Shown: positions 11,096 to 21,827, counted from the first letter of the stretch. The stretch: 64,000 nt of DNA from an uncultured Granulosicoccaceae bacterium (GCA_964437945.1 CAYTJF010000001.1:1658-65657); one strand, 5' to 3'. The notes: generated by a model from the letters alone, not told the origin. Translations and numbers: made by a program.

Positions 11096-12094
11096 TCAAG
11101 TCGCAAACTGTCTGGCGTTTGTCAGTTTACTGGTGGATCTCGCATAGCGCATAACCATCAAAATGGCGAGTTGTGTACCGAATATCAATGAAGCCATAAA
11201 CAGATGCAGTGGTTGCGCAAATATCGGCAAATTAAGCCTGTCCATAGACATGCCCATAACAATCGTGCCAAGCAGCAAGAACGCTAAAAACAAATTCAAC
11301 CGACGCAACACAATCGACTGAGTCTTTGTAAGCAATTGGAAAATCAACCAACCATTAAGCACTACCAAGCCGATGGCTGCATATTTATGAACCTCAAAAA
11401 TTAGCGATAAATTATCTATCCACAAGTGGCGGTTCACATAGTTGCTCTGCTTGGCGATGAGGTCGATCCCTTCTCTGACTTGCGTGCCCAAAATCAATTG
11501 AATTAGTCCGAGAATCATCGACAAAACAATCAGTGGGTAAACCATTTTTGATAACCCGTCTACATCAACCTGCTGTAGCCTGGTTCGAGCAGATCGTATC
11601 ATCGCAGCAATCACCAATCCGACAATAACCTGCGCTAACAACATGTGTACCGTTATAAGCGCAGGATTCAAATTGCTGGCAACCACGCGTGCACCCAACC
11701 CGCCTTGCACGCCTACCAGTACAAATCCTGCCAGCGAGAGCTGAGTTACCAAAGTGTCGTGCCGCCGGAACGGCAAAGAGAAAAACAGCGTGAGTAAAAT
11801 TGTGAAACCGGTAAACACGCCCAACAACCTGTTGAGATATTCAGTCCAGGTTTTACGAACATTAAATTCGGTGTCTTTGTATCCACGATCAGCATAGATT
11901 TGCTGATAGTTTTCTGGCAGTTGAGATTCACTGGTAGGCGGTATCCATTGACCAAAACAAGTAGGCCAATCCGGACAACCCATGCCTGAACCGGTTGCAC
12001 GGACAGTTCCACCGACTAGAATCAACGCGTATATAGTAACAATGGTTCCTGCAGCGAAAACCCAATATCGGCGAATTTGCAAAGTAGTAGGCAT
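11096..12094 (-). CDS. ctaA: COX15/CtaA heme A synthase family protein
   Basis: GGTVRATGSGMGCPDWPTCFG, EYLNR, multiple TM helices and conserved His residues. Confidence 0.88.
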   Translation of the reverse strand: MPTTLQIRRYWVFAAGTIVTIYALILVGGTVRATGSGMGCPDWPTCFGQWIPPTSESQLPENYQQIYADRGYKDTEFNVRKTWTEYLNRLLGVFTGFTILLTLFFSLPFRRHDTLVTQLSLAGFVLVGVQGGLGARVVASNLNPALITVHMLLAQVIVGLVIAAMIRSARTRLQQVDVDGLSKMVYPLIVLSMILGLIQLILGTQVREGIDLIAKQSNYVNRHLWIDNLSLIFEVHKYAAIGLVVLNGWLIFQLLTKTQSIVLRRLNLFLAFLLLGTIVMGMSMDRLNLPIFAQPLHLFMASLIFGTQLAILMVMRYARSTSKLTNARQFAT

Positions 12095-12206
12095 GACTCT
12101 CTATTAAGGCTTGGCAACATGCCTATTTTACGGGAATTGCGAAGCATTGGACGCTATAGTTGTCCATTCCGATGAACTTTTTAAACTGTATCGAACTAAC
12201 ATCTGT

Positions 12207-12974
12207 ATGTTTACAGAAAAAACCAGCATTTTGATCGCAGCCGGCTTGATGATTAGTCTGTCAACCAACGCCAACACCCTCCAGACACCCAAACCTGCGC
12301 CCAAACCTTCGCCGACTACAGAAATCAATCAGACCGTCTCGAGCAAATCTCTAGAGCAGCGGCCAGAGCAGCCGGAGACTTTTGAACACTGGCAATCTTT
12401 AAAACGCTGGAAAGAAAAGAGTTTTGTCGGCAATACGCGCTATGAACTCTACAAAGAAAGCGCTGCTAGCGAACGTAATACTGTCCAAAGCGGCACTACT
12501 GTATTGAAAGCCACAGCGGTTAACTCAGCATCGGTGCTGTACAGGCAAGAAGCTGTTGACCTGACCAGCACGCCGTGGCTGGAATGGTCCTGGAAAATCG
12601 AATCAACCTATGATGACATCGATGAAAAGACTAAAACCGGAGACGATTTCCCCGCTCGGCTCTATGTCACAGCACAAACAGGGCTTCTGCCCTGGGAGTC
12701 CCTCGCTATCAACTATGTCTGGTCATCCAACTCACCAATAGATTCTTTCTGGTTTAGTCCGTATACAAAAAATTCTATAATGGTGGCGGTTCAAGGTGGT
12801 GATTCCCTGGTTGGACAATGGGTCAATCAACGCCGAAATGTCACTGAGGACTTTAAAGATCTTTTTAACATTGAAGTTAAAAAACTATCCGGTTTTGCTG
12901 TTATGGTAGATGGCGACAACTCGTCTCAGTCCGGAACTGCCTATTTTGGCAATATTGATTTTGTCGCCAATTGA
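12207..12974 (+). CDS. DUF3047 family exported protein
   Basis: LEWSWK, DDFPARLYV, INYVWSS, RNVTEDF, DGDNS and a signal peptide. Confidence 0.85.
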   Translation: MFTEKTSILIAAGLMISLSTNANTLQTPKPAPKPSPTTEINQTVSSKSLEQRPEQPETFEHWQSLKRWKEKSFVGNTRYELYKESAASERNTVQSGTTVLKATAVNSASVLYRQEAVDLTSTPWLEWSWKIESTYDDIDEKTKTGDDFPARLYVTAQTGLLPWESLAINYVWSSNSPIDSFWFSPYTKNSIMVAVQGGDSLVGQWVNQRRNVTEDFKDLFNIEVKKLSGFAVMVDGDNSSQSGTAYFGNIDFVAN

Positions 12975-13150
12975 ATTTGCCGCTACTGGCTACCAGTGAT
13001 AGCTAGAGACAACCAGTGGCAGCCAACTGAGAACTGGCACACATCGAATTGCATCATGTCGGACAAATTTAATACCCCGGCGGTAGAGCCCTGAGATTTT
13101 GCCGATAACTAGCATAACAGTGTCACCATGAGACCTTGTAAGAGCCCGAA

Positions 13151-15475
13151 ATGAACCCGCTAAGCAGCGAATCAAAAAACCTCAGAGCGCTGAAAAAACT
13201 GCCGTTAGTTCAATCGATCAACGAACAGTTATGGGCTAGCCTTGCACCTCACATAAGCTTTTCTGTGCTTATGGACGGTGAAACGCTGTTTGAAGAAGGT
13301 AACCAAAGCGAAAATCTGTTCATGGTGTTGAATGGTGAGTTTCAACTCCAGTTGCCCAGTATAAAGTCAGGCGAAAATTTTTATCTTCATTCGCGATTTA
13401 AAGGCGATACCGCAGGTGATTTCGCTGTACTCAACGGTGGCGCTCATTTGGTTACCGCAGTAGCTGCCACAAAGTCTAAAGTGGCGCGGATTCCACGCGT
13501 TGCATTTGAACTGCTCACCGATATCGACCCTAACATTCTTGCTCACGTTTACGACACTGCAGCTGAGCTTTCCCGTCGGGTCATGCTGGCAAAAGTATTT
13601 CTTAACATGTTTGGCGAAATCAGCACCCAATTGATGAACAGCCTGTTAGACAACACAGAGATACGCCACTACAGCAGCGGTGACGTGCTAATGCAAGAAG
13701 GCGACGACGCAGACGGATTGCATATAACCATTTCTGGTCGCTTGCAAGTTGAAACTGTAGATGAGGCAAATAATACAATAGTACTTGCCGAGGTTCGTGC
13801 ACCAGAGACAATTGGCGAACTTGCACTGATGTCTGACTCGGCTCGTAGCGCAACTGTCTACGCGACACGCGAATCAACTGTTGCATTTCTAGAAAAAGCG
13901 CTATTCGATGAGCTCATCGCTCGTCAACCTGACTTATTGTTGCCACTGACCAAAATTATCCTGCAGCGGCAGGCTGAAAAATCAGCCCTATTGAAATCGC
14001 CATCCAAAGATCAATCGATCGCCATTATCCCCTTGGATAGAAAATTGCCATTGCGACGATTTCTACACCAGCTCAAACGAGAGATGCGCATTGATGGAAA
14101 TCCACTTCTACTCGACGCTCGCGTGTTCGACACGCTTTATGGAAAAAAAGGGGTGGCGCAAACCGAATTTTCAGATGTGTTTAATTCTGCTGTTGCTCAA
14201 TGGCTTGATGATAAAGAAAATAGCTTTCAAGAAATTCTCTACCTTACTGACCCTACGTTGTCATCATGGACAAAACGGTGTATCAACCGAGCAGATCGTA
14301 TTATTTTATTGGCTGATGCCGACAAGGATAATTCCTCAAAATTGCGGGAAATCGAGCATGATCTTCGGAACATCTTAAAGAACGCCCGCTATAATCGAGA
14401 AATCGATTTGGTGTTACTGCATGACAAATCAACTGTGCAACCATCACACACTGCTCGTTGGCTACGCAAGCGTGAGATAAATGCCTATCATCATATTCGT
14501 ATTGACGATCAGCAACACATAGCACGGCTAACGCGACGCATTTGTGGTAATGCGCGCGGCCTGGTGTTCAGTGGTGGAGGCGCTCGCGGCTACGCACATC
14601 TAGGGGTTCAAAAAGTCATTGAACAACAAGGTATAACTGTCGATTATATCGGCGGGTCAAGCATGGGTGGACTGTTAGGAGCATCCATGGCCATGGGCTA
14701 CAGTGTGTCGGAAATCGAAGAGCTATCGGCGGTTTTTGCCAATAAAAAAGCCTTGTTCGATTACACCCTACCGCTGGTCTCTCTGCTCAGGTCAGCAAAA
14801 CTTACGCGTTTTTGTCACAAGGTATACGGCGAAACTCGTATTGAAGATCTTTGGATTCCGTTTTTTTGTGTGTCATCGAATTTATCAGACGGCAATGAAG
14901 TCGTTCACGATCGCGGACCTCTTTGGCGTGTGGTGCGTAGCACTATTTCATTACCAGGTATTTTTTCGCCAGTACCAACACCGTCAGGACAATTGCTAAT
15001 TGATGGTGCAGTACTGAACACCTTTCCAGTTGACATCATGCATAATCAACTCGGTGGCAGAGGCAGCATCATCGGTGTGAATGTTAGTCAGATTGTGGAA
15101 ATTCGCGAGTACTACAATTACGGTACCTCACTCTCCGGATGGCAGGTTTTGGCTTCGCGACTCAATCCATTTGCAAGAAAAATACGTATCCCCCGTTTGG
15201 TGGAAACCCTACTCCGCTCAACAGACATTAAAAGTATTATTCGACTTAACGAAACCAAAGCAATGTTAGATGTGCTAATTGAGCCAGATGTCAGTGGAAT
15301 TCCATTGATGGAATTCAAGTCATACAAAAAAATAAGTGATATTGGTTACGAGACTGCGATTAAAGTATTGGCCGAGCATGAATTGATCAATGCATCTGCG
15401 CTTAACACTATGCAACAGAGTGAAGATTCTCATTCAAACGATACCAACTGGAAAACGGAACAACTTCACAGTTGA
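13151..15475 (+). CDS. cNMP-binding patatin-like phospholipase (NTE family)
   Basis: Two cNMP-binding domains (IGELAL...RSATV) and patatin motifs GGGARG, GSSMG and DGA. Confidence 0.92.
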   Translation: MNPLSSESKNLRALKKLPLVQSINEQLWASLAPHISFSVLMDGETLFEEGNQSENLFMVLNGEFQLQLPSIKSGENFYLHSRFKGDTAGDFAVLNGGAHLVTAVAATKSKVARIPRVAFELLTDIDPNILAHVYDTAAELSRRVMLAKVFLNMFGEISTQLMNSLLDNTEIRHYSSGDVLMQEGDDADGLHITISGRLQVETVDEANNTIVLAEVRAPETIGELALMSDSARSATVYATRESTVAFLEKALFDELIARQPDLLLPLTKIILQRQAEKSALLKSPSKDQSIAIIPLDRKLPLRRFLHQLKREMRIDGNPLLLDARVFDTLYGKKGVAQTEFSDVFNSAVAQWLDDKENSFQEILYLTDPTLSSWTKRCINRADRIILLADADKDNSSKLREIEHDLRNILKNARYNREIDLVLLHDKSTVQPSHTARWLRKREINAYHHIRIDDQQHIARLTRRICGNARGLVFSGGGARGYAHLGVQKVIEQQGITVDYIGGSSMGGLLGASMAMGYSVSEIEELSAVFANKKALFDYTLPLVSLLRSAKLTRFCHKVYGETRIEDLWIPFFCVSSNLSDGNEVVHDRGPLWRVVRSTISLPGIFSPVPTPSGQLLIDGAVLNTFPVDIMHNQLGGRGSIIGVNVSQIVEIREYYNYGTSLSGWQVLASRLNPFARKIRIPRLVETLLRSTDIKSIIRLNETKAMLDVLIEPDVSGIPLMEFKSYKKISDIGYETAIKVLAEHELINASALNTMQQSEDSHSNDTNWKTEQLHS

Positions 15476-15737
15476 TACACAATTACGCTACCGTTTTTGC
15501 TACTAACACTCGAAAATTCGGCGTATAAAAGCACAATATTTTGCAGATCCTCTGCAAATTGTTAATCATTTGTGAATGTCACAGGTAACAAGGCTTAGTT
15601 TGTTGCGTGTGACATGCTCGCAGACTAGTATGAGTCCTCTACATTACATAGAATTGGGAACCTTGCAGTTGTATTAGGTTCAAAACGTTATTGAGTACTT
15701 GTAAATTAACTGAGTTCTGTAATTTAACGGAGGTATC

Positions 15738-16079
15738 ATGTCTAAGTTCGACGAAGCAATATCCGATTGTAAAACACAGCTGTCCAGCATTAACGTGGAC
15801 TGCAACGATAAACTATTATCGGCCGTTGCTAAAGGATTAGGACCATCATTGTATAATCGCGATGCAAACCTTGTTGCAGCAGCAGACAAGAAAGAATTGG
15901 ACAACGTAAAAACCCGGTTTATAAGTAGAAAACTAGGTGTTGAAGGTCCTGATGCTGACGCTGCGATCCAGTACGCCATTGATACCATCGGTGCAAGCAA
16001 TCGCCAGAAATTACGCCCTGTATTTTACTACCTGATTGTTAAGCACTTGAATAAAGAATCTATTTACGACAAGAAGTAA
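15738..16079 (+). CDS. DUF2853 family protein
   Basis: KGLGPSLYNRDA.LV...EL..VK..F..RKLG...R.VFYYL, with a GGAGG RBS. Confidence 0.85.
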   Translation: MSKFDEAISDCKTQLSSINVDCNDKLLSAVAKGLGPSLYNRDANLVAAADKKELDNVKTRFISRKLGVEGPDADAAIQYAIDTIGASNRQKLRPVFYYLIVKHLNKESIYDKK

Positions 16080-16171
16080 AGAATTTTCGTAGAAGTAGAA
16101 GCACTAGCAAAGTAATGAATTATCTATGTAGTAAAAGTGACTGTATTTAGCGATCAGCCGGACTTGAAGAT

Positions 16172-16205
16172 AAAAACAAAGCCCTGTTTTAACGGGGCTT
16201 TTTTG
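16172..16205. terminator. Probable bidirectional intrinsic terminator
   Basis: AAAGCCCTGT-TTTA-ACGGGGCTTT hairpin flanked by A and T runs, between convergent genes. Confidence 0.75.
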
Positions 16206-16248
16206 TATCAGAACCCCTTGCAAAGGATTAGGATAGTGCAATGCTAAA

Positions 16249-18405
16249 TCATACCGCGCTTGCGAAAAAATCATACCTGAACAAACCATCCTGACTTTCA
16301 ATGGTTTGATCAAAGCGTCGTAGAATTTGTTCTTTCCGAAAAGTCAGTGCTGATAGCTTGTCCGCTGAATCCAGCTGCAACTCTTGTCGTATGGCATGTC
16401 GTCGCAAAGCACTCCTGCGATAGGCCTTGAAGGTAGATTCGTTTCTTGGCGAATCACCTGTTGCGTCTTTACCGTACAGTGTAGAGTGTGCTACGCATTG
16501 CAACACGCCAGTCTTGATCGATGCTTTCAGTTTTTCATCGTGAAGTAAATCAACCAGCACACGTGCCTCGAATTGATCCTCGTTGACGTTCGGATCATAA
16601 AACAGGCCAATTAACGTATCTCTTTGCACCGCGTCGAGCCCATATTCAAAAGCCAGGATGGCCAAATTCTGAGTAGCGTACAAATCCAGATACATCATGG
16701 TGGTGTCCAGCAGCGCCAGGCCGGCCCGCAACCTGACAGAATTAACCGAATGAGGTCGTCGATAATACTTCGGATCGATTTTACTGGCTTTCAGTTCTAA
16801 CAATAGCCGCTCAATTAGCGGATAAACAATAGCGCCTCTGGCTCGCTCGGCCCAATAGATTCTTGCGCCACTGTTTCGCCAATGTCCGGTCATAAGCTCT
16901 GGGTCCCGTATGCCCTCTTCCAGCGAGATAACGGTGTCCAATAGCTTTATCACGATTCCCGACAAGGTGTACGGTAATCCGGCTTCAGTGGGTTGCAGGT
17001 TAGTTCTGGTAAAGCTGCCGAAGTTATACTGTTCTTGTGGCTGCATCAAATGCGGATGACTTAAGGTAACTGCGGCTTTGTTTACACCATCGGTTGGCGC
17101 ATTGGAGTCGGTTAGTTCGGAGACCATAGCGGCAATCGGACCACCAAAACGAAATTGAATTTTACGCAATGAGTGACCGTAGCCTGTCACTCGTTCCGAG
17201 CCATCTTCAACTACATCGTGTAACAAGGCAAGCGTGACAACCAACGGCTCTAAGGCACGGCCAAGTACTCGTTCTGCGATCGCGGAGATTCGAAACGCAT
17301 GTGCAGACATTGTACTGAGCGACTTTCTACGTCCCTTCTCCAGAGCGCGCATCATCTCAAGACTTGCCAGGTGCACAGTCTCTATAGAGTTTGGATTATC
17401 TGCGGCCACATAATATTCCATCACCGGCAAATTCATGTGCACCTCGTGGACAGCCTTTCCACGGCGACCAGAAAGCCTTTCGCGTTTATAGGGGTCGTCA
17501 AGTGCATCGCGAACTGCCATCAAAAGCGTGTTACGAAGCGGTTCGCGAAGCGCGTAGTGATCAACGCCTGTTAGACCAAACGCTACTCGTGTACGCGCGT
17601 AGTCTTGTTCCAGGTAGGGTTGCTCTGGAAAGTCACTATCAACATCAACACCATTACGCACCAGTTCCTGCCGACTATGCGCATCGAGAAAACTAATGAC
17701 CCGATCTCCAGCAGCACGGGCGGTTAGCCTGAGCCGACTAGCCTCGATCGCCGCCACTGCCGTGGCAATTTCGGGTGATGGTGGAGCTTCCGGGGTTACA
17801 TTTTTCTCAATTGCAGTCTCAAAACTCTGCAAATAATCAGTCAGACTGCGAACGTTACTTGCAACGGCATCCCCGAACCATGAAAACAAGTAACTGTCAT
17901 CAATAATTTCATGATCAGAAGAGGTGATTGAACTAAACCTGTACTGCTTGCCGAGGGTGTCGTGCAGCATGGTGGCTACAATCATATCGTGCGTCATGCT
18001 CGGCATACCCTGGCCGTGATTGCCGTACAGTCTGACGCCGAGCAACATGTTCGCAGCCAGAATGGCGGAATGAATGCTGGGCTCCAGCTTGGGCAATCGA
18101 TTGGTGTTAATCAGACAATGCTTGCCAACGTCTTCAATATCGAGCTGTTGCGGGTCAATGGTTTCCGGATCGATATCCTGATCGCTGAATATCTCGTTTG
18201 CAAGTAAGTCCCTACCACGTTGGGTGTTAAATAACTTTGGCGGTAGTGATGATAGGGGAACCAAATGTTCAACTTCTTTGGCGATCCAGCGGCGAGATAT
18301 TTCCCCGGCAATGACACGGTCCATATCTCCTGTACCAGCCAGTACTCCGTACGCTCGAACAAGCTTTACCAGGTCAGTTAATTGGTAGGCACGAGCCACT
18401 TGCAA
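16249..18405 (-). CDS. Large hypothetical protein with two tandem RelA/SpoT-hydrolase-like HD domains (first degenerate)
   Basis: Domain 2: RRKS....AH...ALLHDVVED...RFGGPIAAMVSELTD...IKLLD. Domain 1: MLHDTLG...WFGDAVASNVRSLTD. Confidence 0.7.
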   Translation of the reverse strand: MQVARAYQLTDLVKLVRAYGVLAGTGDMDRVIAGEISRRWIAKEVEHLVPLSSLPPKLFNTQRGRDLLANEIFSDQDIDPETIDPQQLDIEDVGKHCLINTNRLPKLEPSIHSAILAANMLLGVRLYGNHGQGMPSMTHDMIVATMLHDTLGKQYRFSSITSSDHEIIDDSYLFSWFGDAVASNVRSLTDYLQSFETAIEKNVTPEAPPSPEIATAVAAIEASRLRLTARAAGDRVISFLDAHSRQELVRNGVDVDSDFPEQPYLEQDYARTRVAFGLTGVDHYALREPLRNTLLMAVRDALDDPYKRERLSGRRGKAVHEVHMNLPVMEYYVAADNPNSIETVHLASLEMMRALEKGRRKSLSTMSAHAFRISAIAERVLGRALEPLVVTLALLHDVVEDGSERVTGYGHSLRKIQFRFGGPIAAMVSELTDSNAPTDGVNKAAVTLSHPHLMQPQEQYNFGSFTRTNLQPTEAGLPYTLSGIVIKLLDTVISLEEGIRDPELMTGHWRNSGARIYWAERARGAIVYPLIERLLLELKASKIDPKYYRRPHSVNSVRLRAGLALLDTTMMYLDLYATQNLAILAFEYGLDAVQRDTLIGLFYDPNVNEDQFEARVLVDLLHDEKLKASIKTGVLQCVAHSTLYGKDATGDSPRNESTFKAYRRSALRRHAIRQELQLDSADKLSALTFRKEQILRRFDQTIESQDGLFRYDFFASAV

Positions 18406-18558
18406 ATCCAGTTAATTTATACATCGAAGTATAACAACGAAGGATAGCAACTGAGTACCAAATTGAAACCATACGGAATGGCAAGTCAGTAGATTTGTAG
18501 ACTGCAGCTCGTCCTTCTTACCGATTTTAACATTCCGACCGAATGACCAGTCTTTGGT

Positions 18559-19197
18559 TCAGATCGATTTGGTTTTTTTCCTGAATTCGCAAAGATCGTT
18601 TATGACGCAATCGGGACACTTTGGTTTTCGAGCAACACACACATATCGACCATGCAAGATCAGCCAATGATGAGCGTCGAGCAAGTATTCTTTCGGCACA
18701 AACTTCAACAACTTCTTTTCAACCTCAACCACGTCTTTACCTGGTGCAATTGCAGTCCGATTTGATACGCGAAAAATATGCGTGTCTACTGCCATTGCAA
18801 TTTGCCGAAAAGCGGTATTAAGCACAACATTCGCGGTTTTTCGGCCCACGCCTGGAAGGGCTTCTAACGACTCCCGATCATCTGGAACCTCCCCACCGTG
18901 CTGATCGTGCAGTATCTGGCAGGTTTTGATAATGTTCCGGGCTTTGGTGTTGAACAAACCGATGGTGCGAATATGATGTCGTACTTTCGCCTCACCCAGT
19001 GCCAGCATCGACTCTGCAGTGTTAGCGGCGGCATAGAGGCCTTTGGTTGCCGCATTCACGCTGACATCAGTAGCCTGAGCCGACAACAGCACTGATATCA
19101 GCAACTCAAACGGCGAGTTGTACTCCAACTCGGTTTTCGGCTCAGGATTGGCCGCCTTCCATCTGGAAAAGATTTGTTCACGCTTTTTCGGATTCAT
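18559..19197 (-). CDS. nth: Endonuclease III
   Basis: LLSAQATD, HhH LPGVGRKTANV, VDTH and the Fe-S motif C-X6-C-X2-C-X5-C. Confidence 0.97.
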   Translation of the reverse strand: MNPKKREQIFSRWKAANPEPKTELEYNSPFELLISVLLSAQATDVSVNAATKGLYAAANTAESMLALGEAKVRHHIRTIGLFNTKARNIIKTCQILHDQHGGEVPDDRESLEALPGVGRKTANVVLNTAFRQIAMAVDTHIFRVSNRTAIAPGKDVVEVEKKLLKFVPKEYLLDAHHWLILHGRYVCVARKPKCPDCVINDLCEFRKKTKSI

Positions 19198-19278
19198 ACC
19201 GACAATAGTAACCGCATCCTTTCAAAAATCGCCAATCCGGTTTAGCATCAATGCTGTACCCAAACCAGGGACCTGGCA

Positions 19279-19971
19279 ATGTGTGGTCGCATTAATGTTT
19301 CAGACAACGAAGGGGTTCGCCTGCTGCTAGCCATGCTCGGCATGGAGGTCTGGCCCAGTCGCGACCCGCGCTTCAATGTTGCACCCAGCCAGGCGCTGGA
19401 TGTGGTCGGTTGGCAGAACGAAGCTGCTGTTCACCAACGTATGCAATGGGGCCTGATTCCAGCCTGGGCCAAGCCAGGTACTTTTTCGGCCCCGTTAATC
19501 AACGCCCGTAGTGAAACTATTCATGAGAAACCCTCGTTCAGAAAACTGATCAGTAGCCATCGCGTACTAATACCTATAAATGGTTTTTACGAGTGGCGAC
19601 GGACAGGAAAAGTCAAAGAGCCCCATTTCGTTAAACCTGCCTTTGCCGATGCCATGTTTATTGCTGGTATCTATCAACCCCCGAGCAAAGCATCATCGGA
19701 TGATAAGCCTGCACGCGCACAAGTATGTGCGGTCACTGTTGAGGCGAATGAGGTGATGAGCAAAGTGCATCATCGAATGCCGGTCATTCTGGATTCGGCT
19801 GACGCGCTCACCTGGATACAGCCTGGCGACAAGAACACGCTGGACCAATTAATGGTGCCTGCCAGCAATGATGCACTGCAAATTCTCGAGATCGGCGACT
19901 ACGTTAACTCTTCACGTAATGAAGGGCCAGAATGTGTAGCACCACGACGGATTAATGATTTATTCGGCTAA
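19279..19971 (+). CDS. SOS response-associated peptidase (SRAP/YedK/HMCES family)
   Basis: N-terminal MCGR, NARSET, GFYEW and HHRMPVIL. Confidence 0.93.
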   Translation: MCGRINVSDNEGVRLLLAMLGMEVWPSRDPRFNVAPSQALDVVGWQNEAAVHQRMQWGLIPAWAKPGTFSAPLINARSETIHEKPSFRKLISSHRVLIPINGFYEWRRTGKVKEPHFVKPAFADAMFIAGIYQPPSKASSDDKPARAQVCAVTVEANEVMSKVHHRMPVILDSADALTWIQPGDKNTLDQLMVPASNDALQILEIGDYVNSSRNEGPECVAPRRINDLFG

Positions 19972-20046
19972 CTCGCCCGCTCGGCATGGTCAGTGCCGAA
20001 TGCGCTGAATTAGCATCTCATGATGAATTTCGTTATGCAATCCGTT

Positions 20047-20685
20047 CTAAACCCCAGAGCAAGCAATAAGGTTTTCATCGAGTTCAATCGAATTATTGTT
20101 GAGTGTAAAACGCCACGACTGGCCAGAAAAATCTCCAACAGGTGCAAGCATCGGCTCATCCTGATTGCCGTCTGAACGAATATCCAATGCAATCTCGCTA
20201 CCCGTAAAACTGTTGGTTAACTGGCAATAGCCATTGCTTCTAAGTGTGATTGTCCAAAACTGCCCGCTAACGTTGGCTGTGGGTGCCATTTGGATTCGAT
20301 CGAGAACACCGTCGTTCACCACATCTATAGAGTAGCCGTCACCAATTGACTGATTGCTTATTGTATACCTGCCGTCATCGAGCCTCGTAAACTTCCACCT
20401 CTGCTCTGCTACATTGGCTACTGGTCTGAGTCTTAATTGCGTGGGTACTGCATCATTTTGTGTTGCAGTTTCATCCAGATTTTCAATCCCGTTGTCATCC
20501 ACCACACTTAGCGCATTATTGTCACCAGTGAATTCGGTGGTTAAACGGTAAGTTGGGTCGGGGTTGGGTTCCGGATCGGAATTAGTTGAGCTTTCACTGC
20601 AGGCGCTGAGCAGCACCGTGCTAAGTACAATGGTTAAAGATGCGACACTGCCATATTGACGATGGGTTGTAAGTTTTCCTAACAC
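20047..20685 (-). CDS. Lipoprotein with ricin B-like (QxW) beta-trefoil domain
   Basis: Lipobox LSAC and three Q-x-W repeats (EQRW, GQFW, GQSW). An AAGGAG RBS is present. Confidence 0.75.
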   Translation of the reverse strand: MLGKLTTHRQYGSVASLTIVLSTVLLSACSESSTNSDPEPNPDPTYRLTTEFTGDNNALSVVDDNGIENLDETATQNDAVPTQLRLRPVANVAEQRWKFTRLDDGRYTISNQSIGDGYSIDVVNDGVLDRIQMAPTANVSGQFWTITLRSNGYCQLTNSFTGSEIALDIRSDGNQDEPMLAPVGDFSGQSWRFTLNNNSIELDENLIACSGV

Positions 20686-21168
20686 TGACCAATCTCCTTA
20701 GTCTTTCGATAAAAACGACGATACCTGCACAATACTACCAATGTGTCTGGTGTGTCTGTTTCGACTGCCGGGGCAGTCGGTTCTGGTTGCCCCGGCTGAG
20801 GCGCTCCATCATCGATCAGTGATGGAGTTTCAGCTTCATAGCCTGCACTAATAAACTGATTACTTATCGTAAATCTACCATCAACGAGTTTCGTGAATAT
20901 CCAGCGCTGCTGAGCTGCATTAGCTACATCGACTAGCCTTATCTGCGTTGGAACAGAGGTATTCCGCACTGCATTCGTTGTAGCAATAGCTACCACACTT
21001 AACGCTCGATCATCACCCTTGAACAATGTAGCCATACGATAAGTTGGCTTATTCTGCTCTGGGTTGGGTTCCAGCTCAAAAACCGGTTTACTATCACCAC
21101 AGGCGCTGAGCAATAATGTGGCAACCACCTAGTACAACAATTCGGCCCAATAGAAAACTGCGTGCCAT
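20679..21168 (-). pseudogene. Degenerate tandem paralog of the ricin-domain lipoprotein
   Basis: Shares LLSAC, EPNP, PTYR, GD..ALSVV, VPTQ.RL..VAN.A.QRW.FT.L.DGR.TISNQ with the neighbouring gene, then the similarity ends abruptly. The signal peptide appears split by a frameshift near 21128. Confidence 0.6.
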
Positions 21169-21475
21169 TTCATTAAACACAGAACCAACTCCCTTTCAAT
21201 TAATAAAATGACTATTCCTATTCAAAGCCAAGTTATCACAATAGCTAAATCCAACACGCTAAACTCGAGTGCTAAATGATGCAGCCAGTCTCTTATGTCA
21301 ATACCTTTGGTGCCGCTCAGTCCAACAATCGCCACGGCACCCGAACCAGGTACAGTCTTCAGCATACGCCTATCCCCACCTAAACCATTGGTCTAGTGGT
21401 CAACAACTTTAAACACAAATATTCAGATACAAATAAATTCGGAGACACATAACACTACATCCCACTCAAACTAAA

Positions 21476-21694
21476 CTAATAGCTTGAGTTAGGCGAGTCG
21501 TCCGGATTCATATCGCCATACACTTCATCAGGATCGGTATTGTTAATCAGCAGCACTTCACGTACTGTTTCAATGTCGGCAAGCACTTTGTCTACCCGAC
21601 CAGCAAAGTCGAATTCGTTCACTTCGATTGCTTTGGGCATATAGCAAAATGCTACTTTCAATGCATGCAATGCATCGTCATCAAGTTTACTCAT
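21476..21694 (-). CDS. Small conserved-looking hypothetical protein (72 aa)
   Basis: ATG-started acidic ORF co-oriented with, and downstream of, lexA. Confidence 0.6.
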   Translation of the reverse strand: MSKLDDDALHALKVAFCYMPKAIEVNEFDFAGRVDKVLADIETVREVLLINNTDPDEVYGDMNPDDSPNSSY

Positions 21695-21827
21695 TTGAAG
21701 TCGCAGGTCACGTTAAAGTTAGTAGTTAACAGGTTTATGAGTTGATTTAGAGGTTGGATTGGGTTGAAATCATGGGTTGGTTGAATTCATGACTGAGTTT
21801 AACGGCTTCGACTTATGGCAAAGCAAT

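Noticed and set aside
15570..15625. CRP-like TGTGA...TCACA half-sites upstream of the DUF2853 gene
   Set aside because: The spacing is 3 and 5 nt rather than the required 6.
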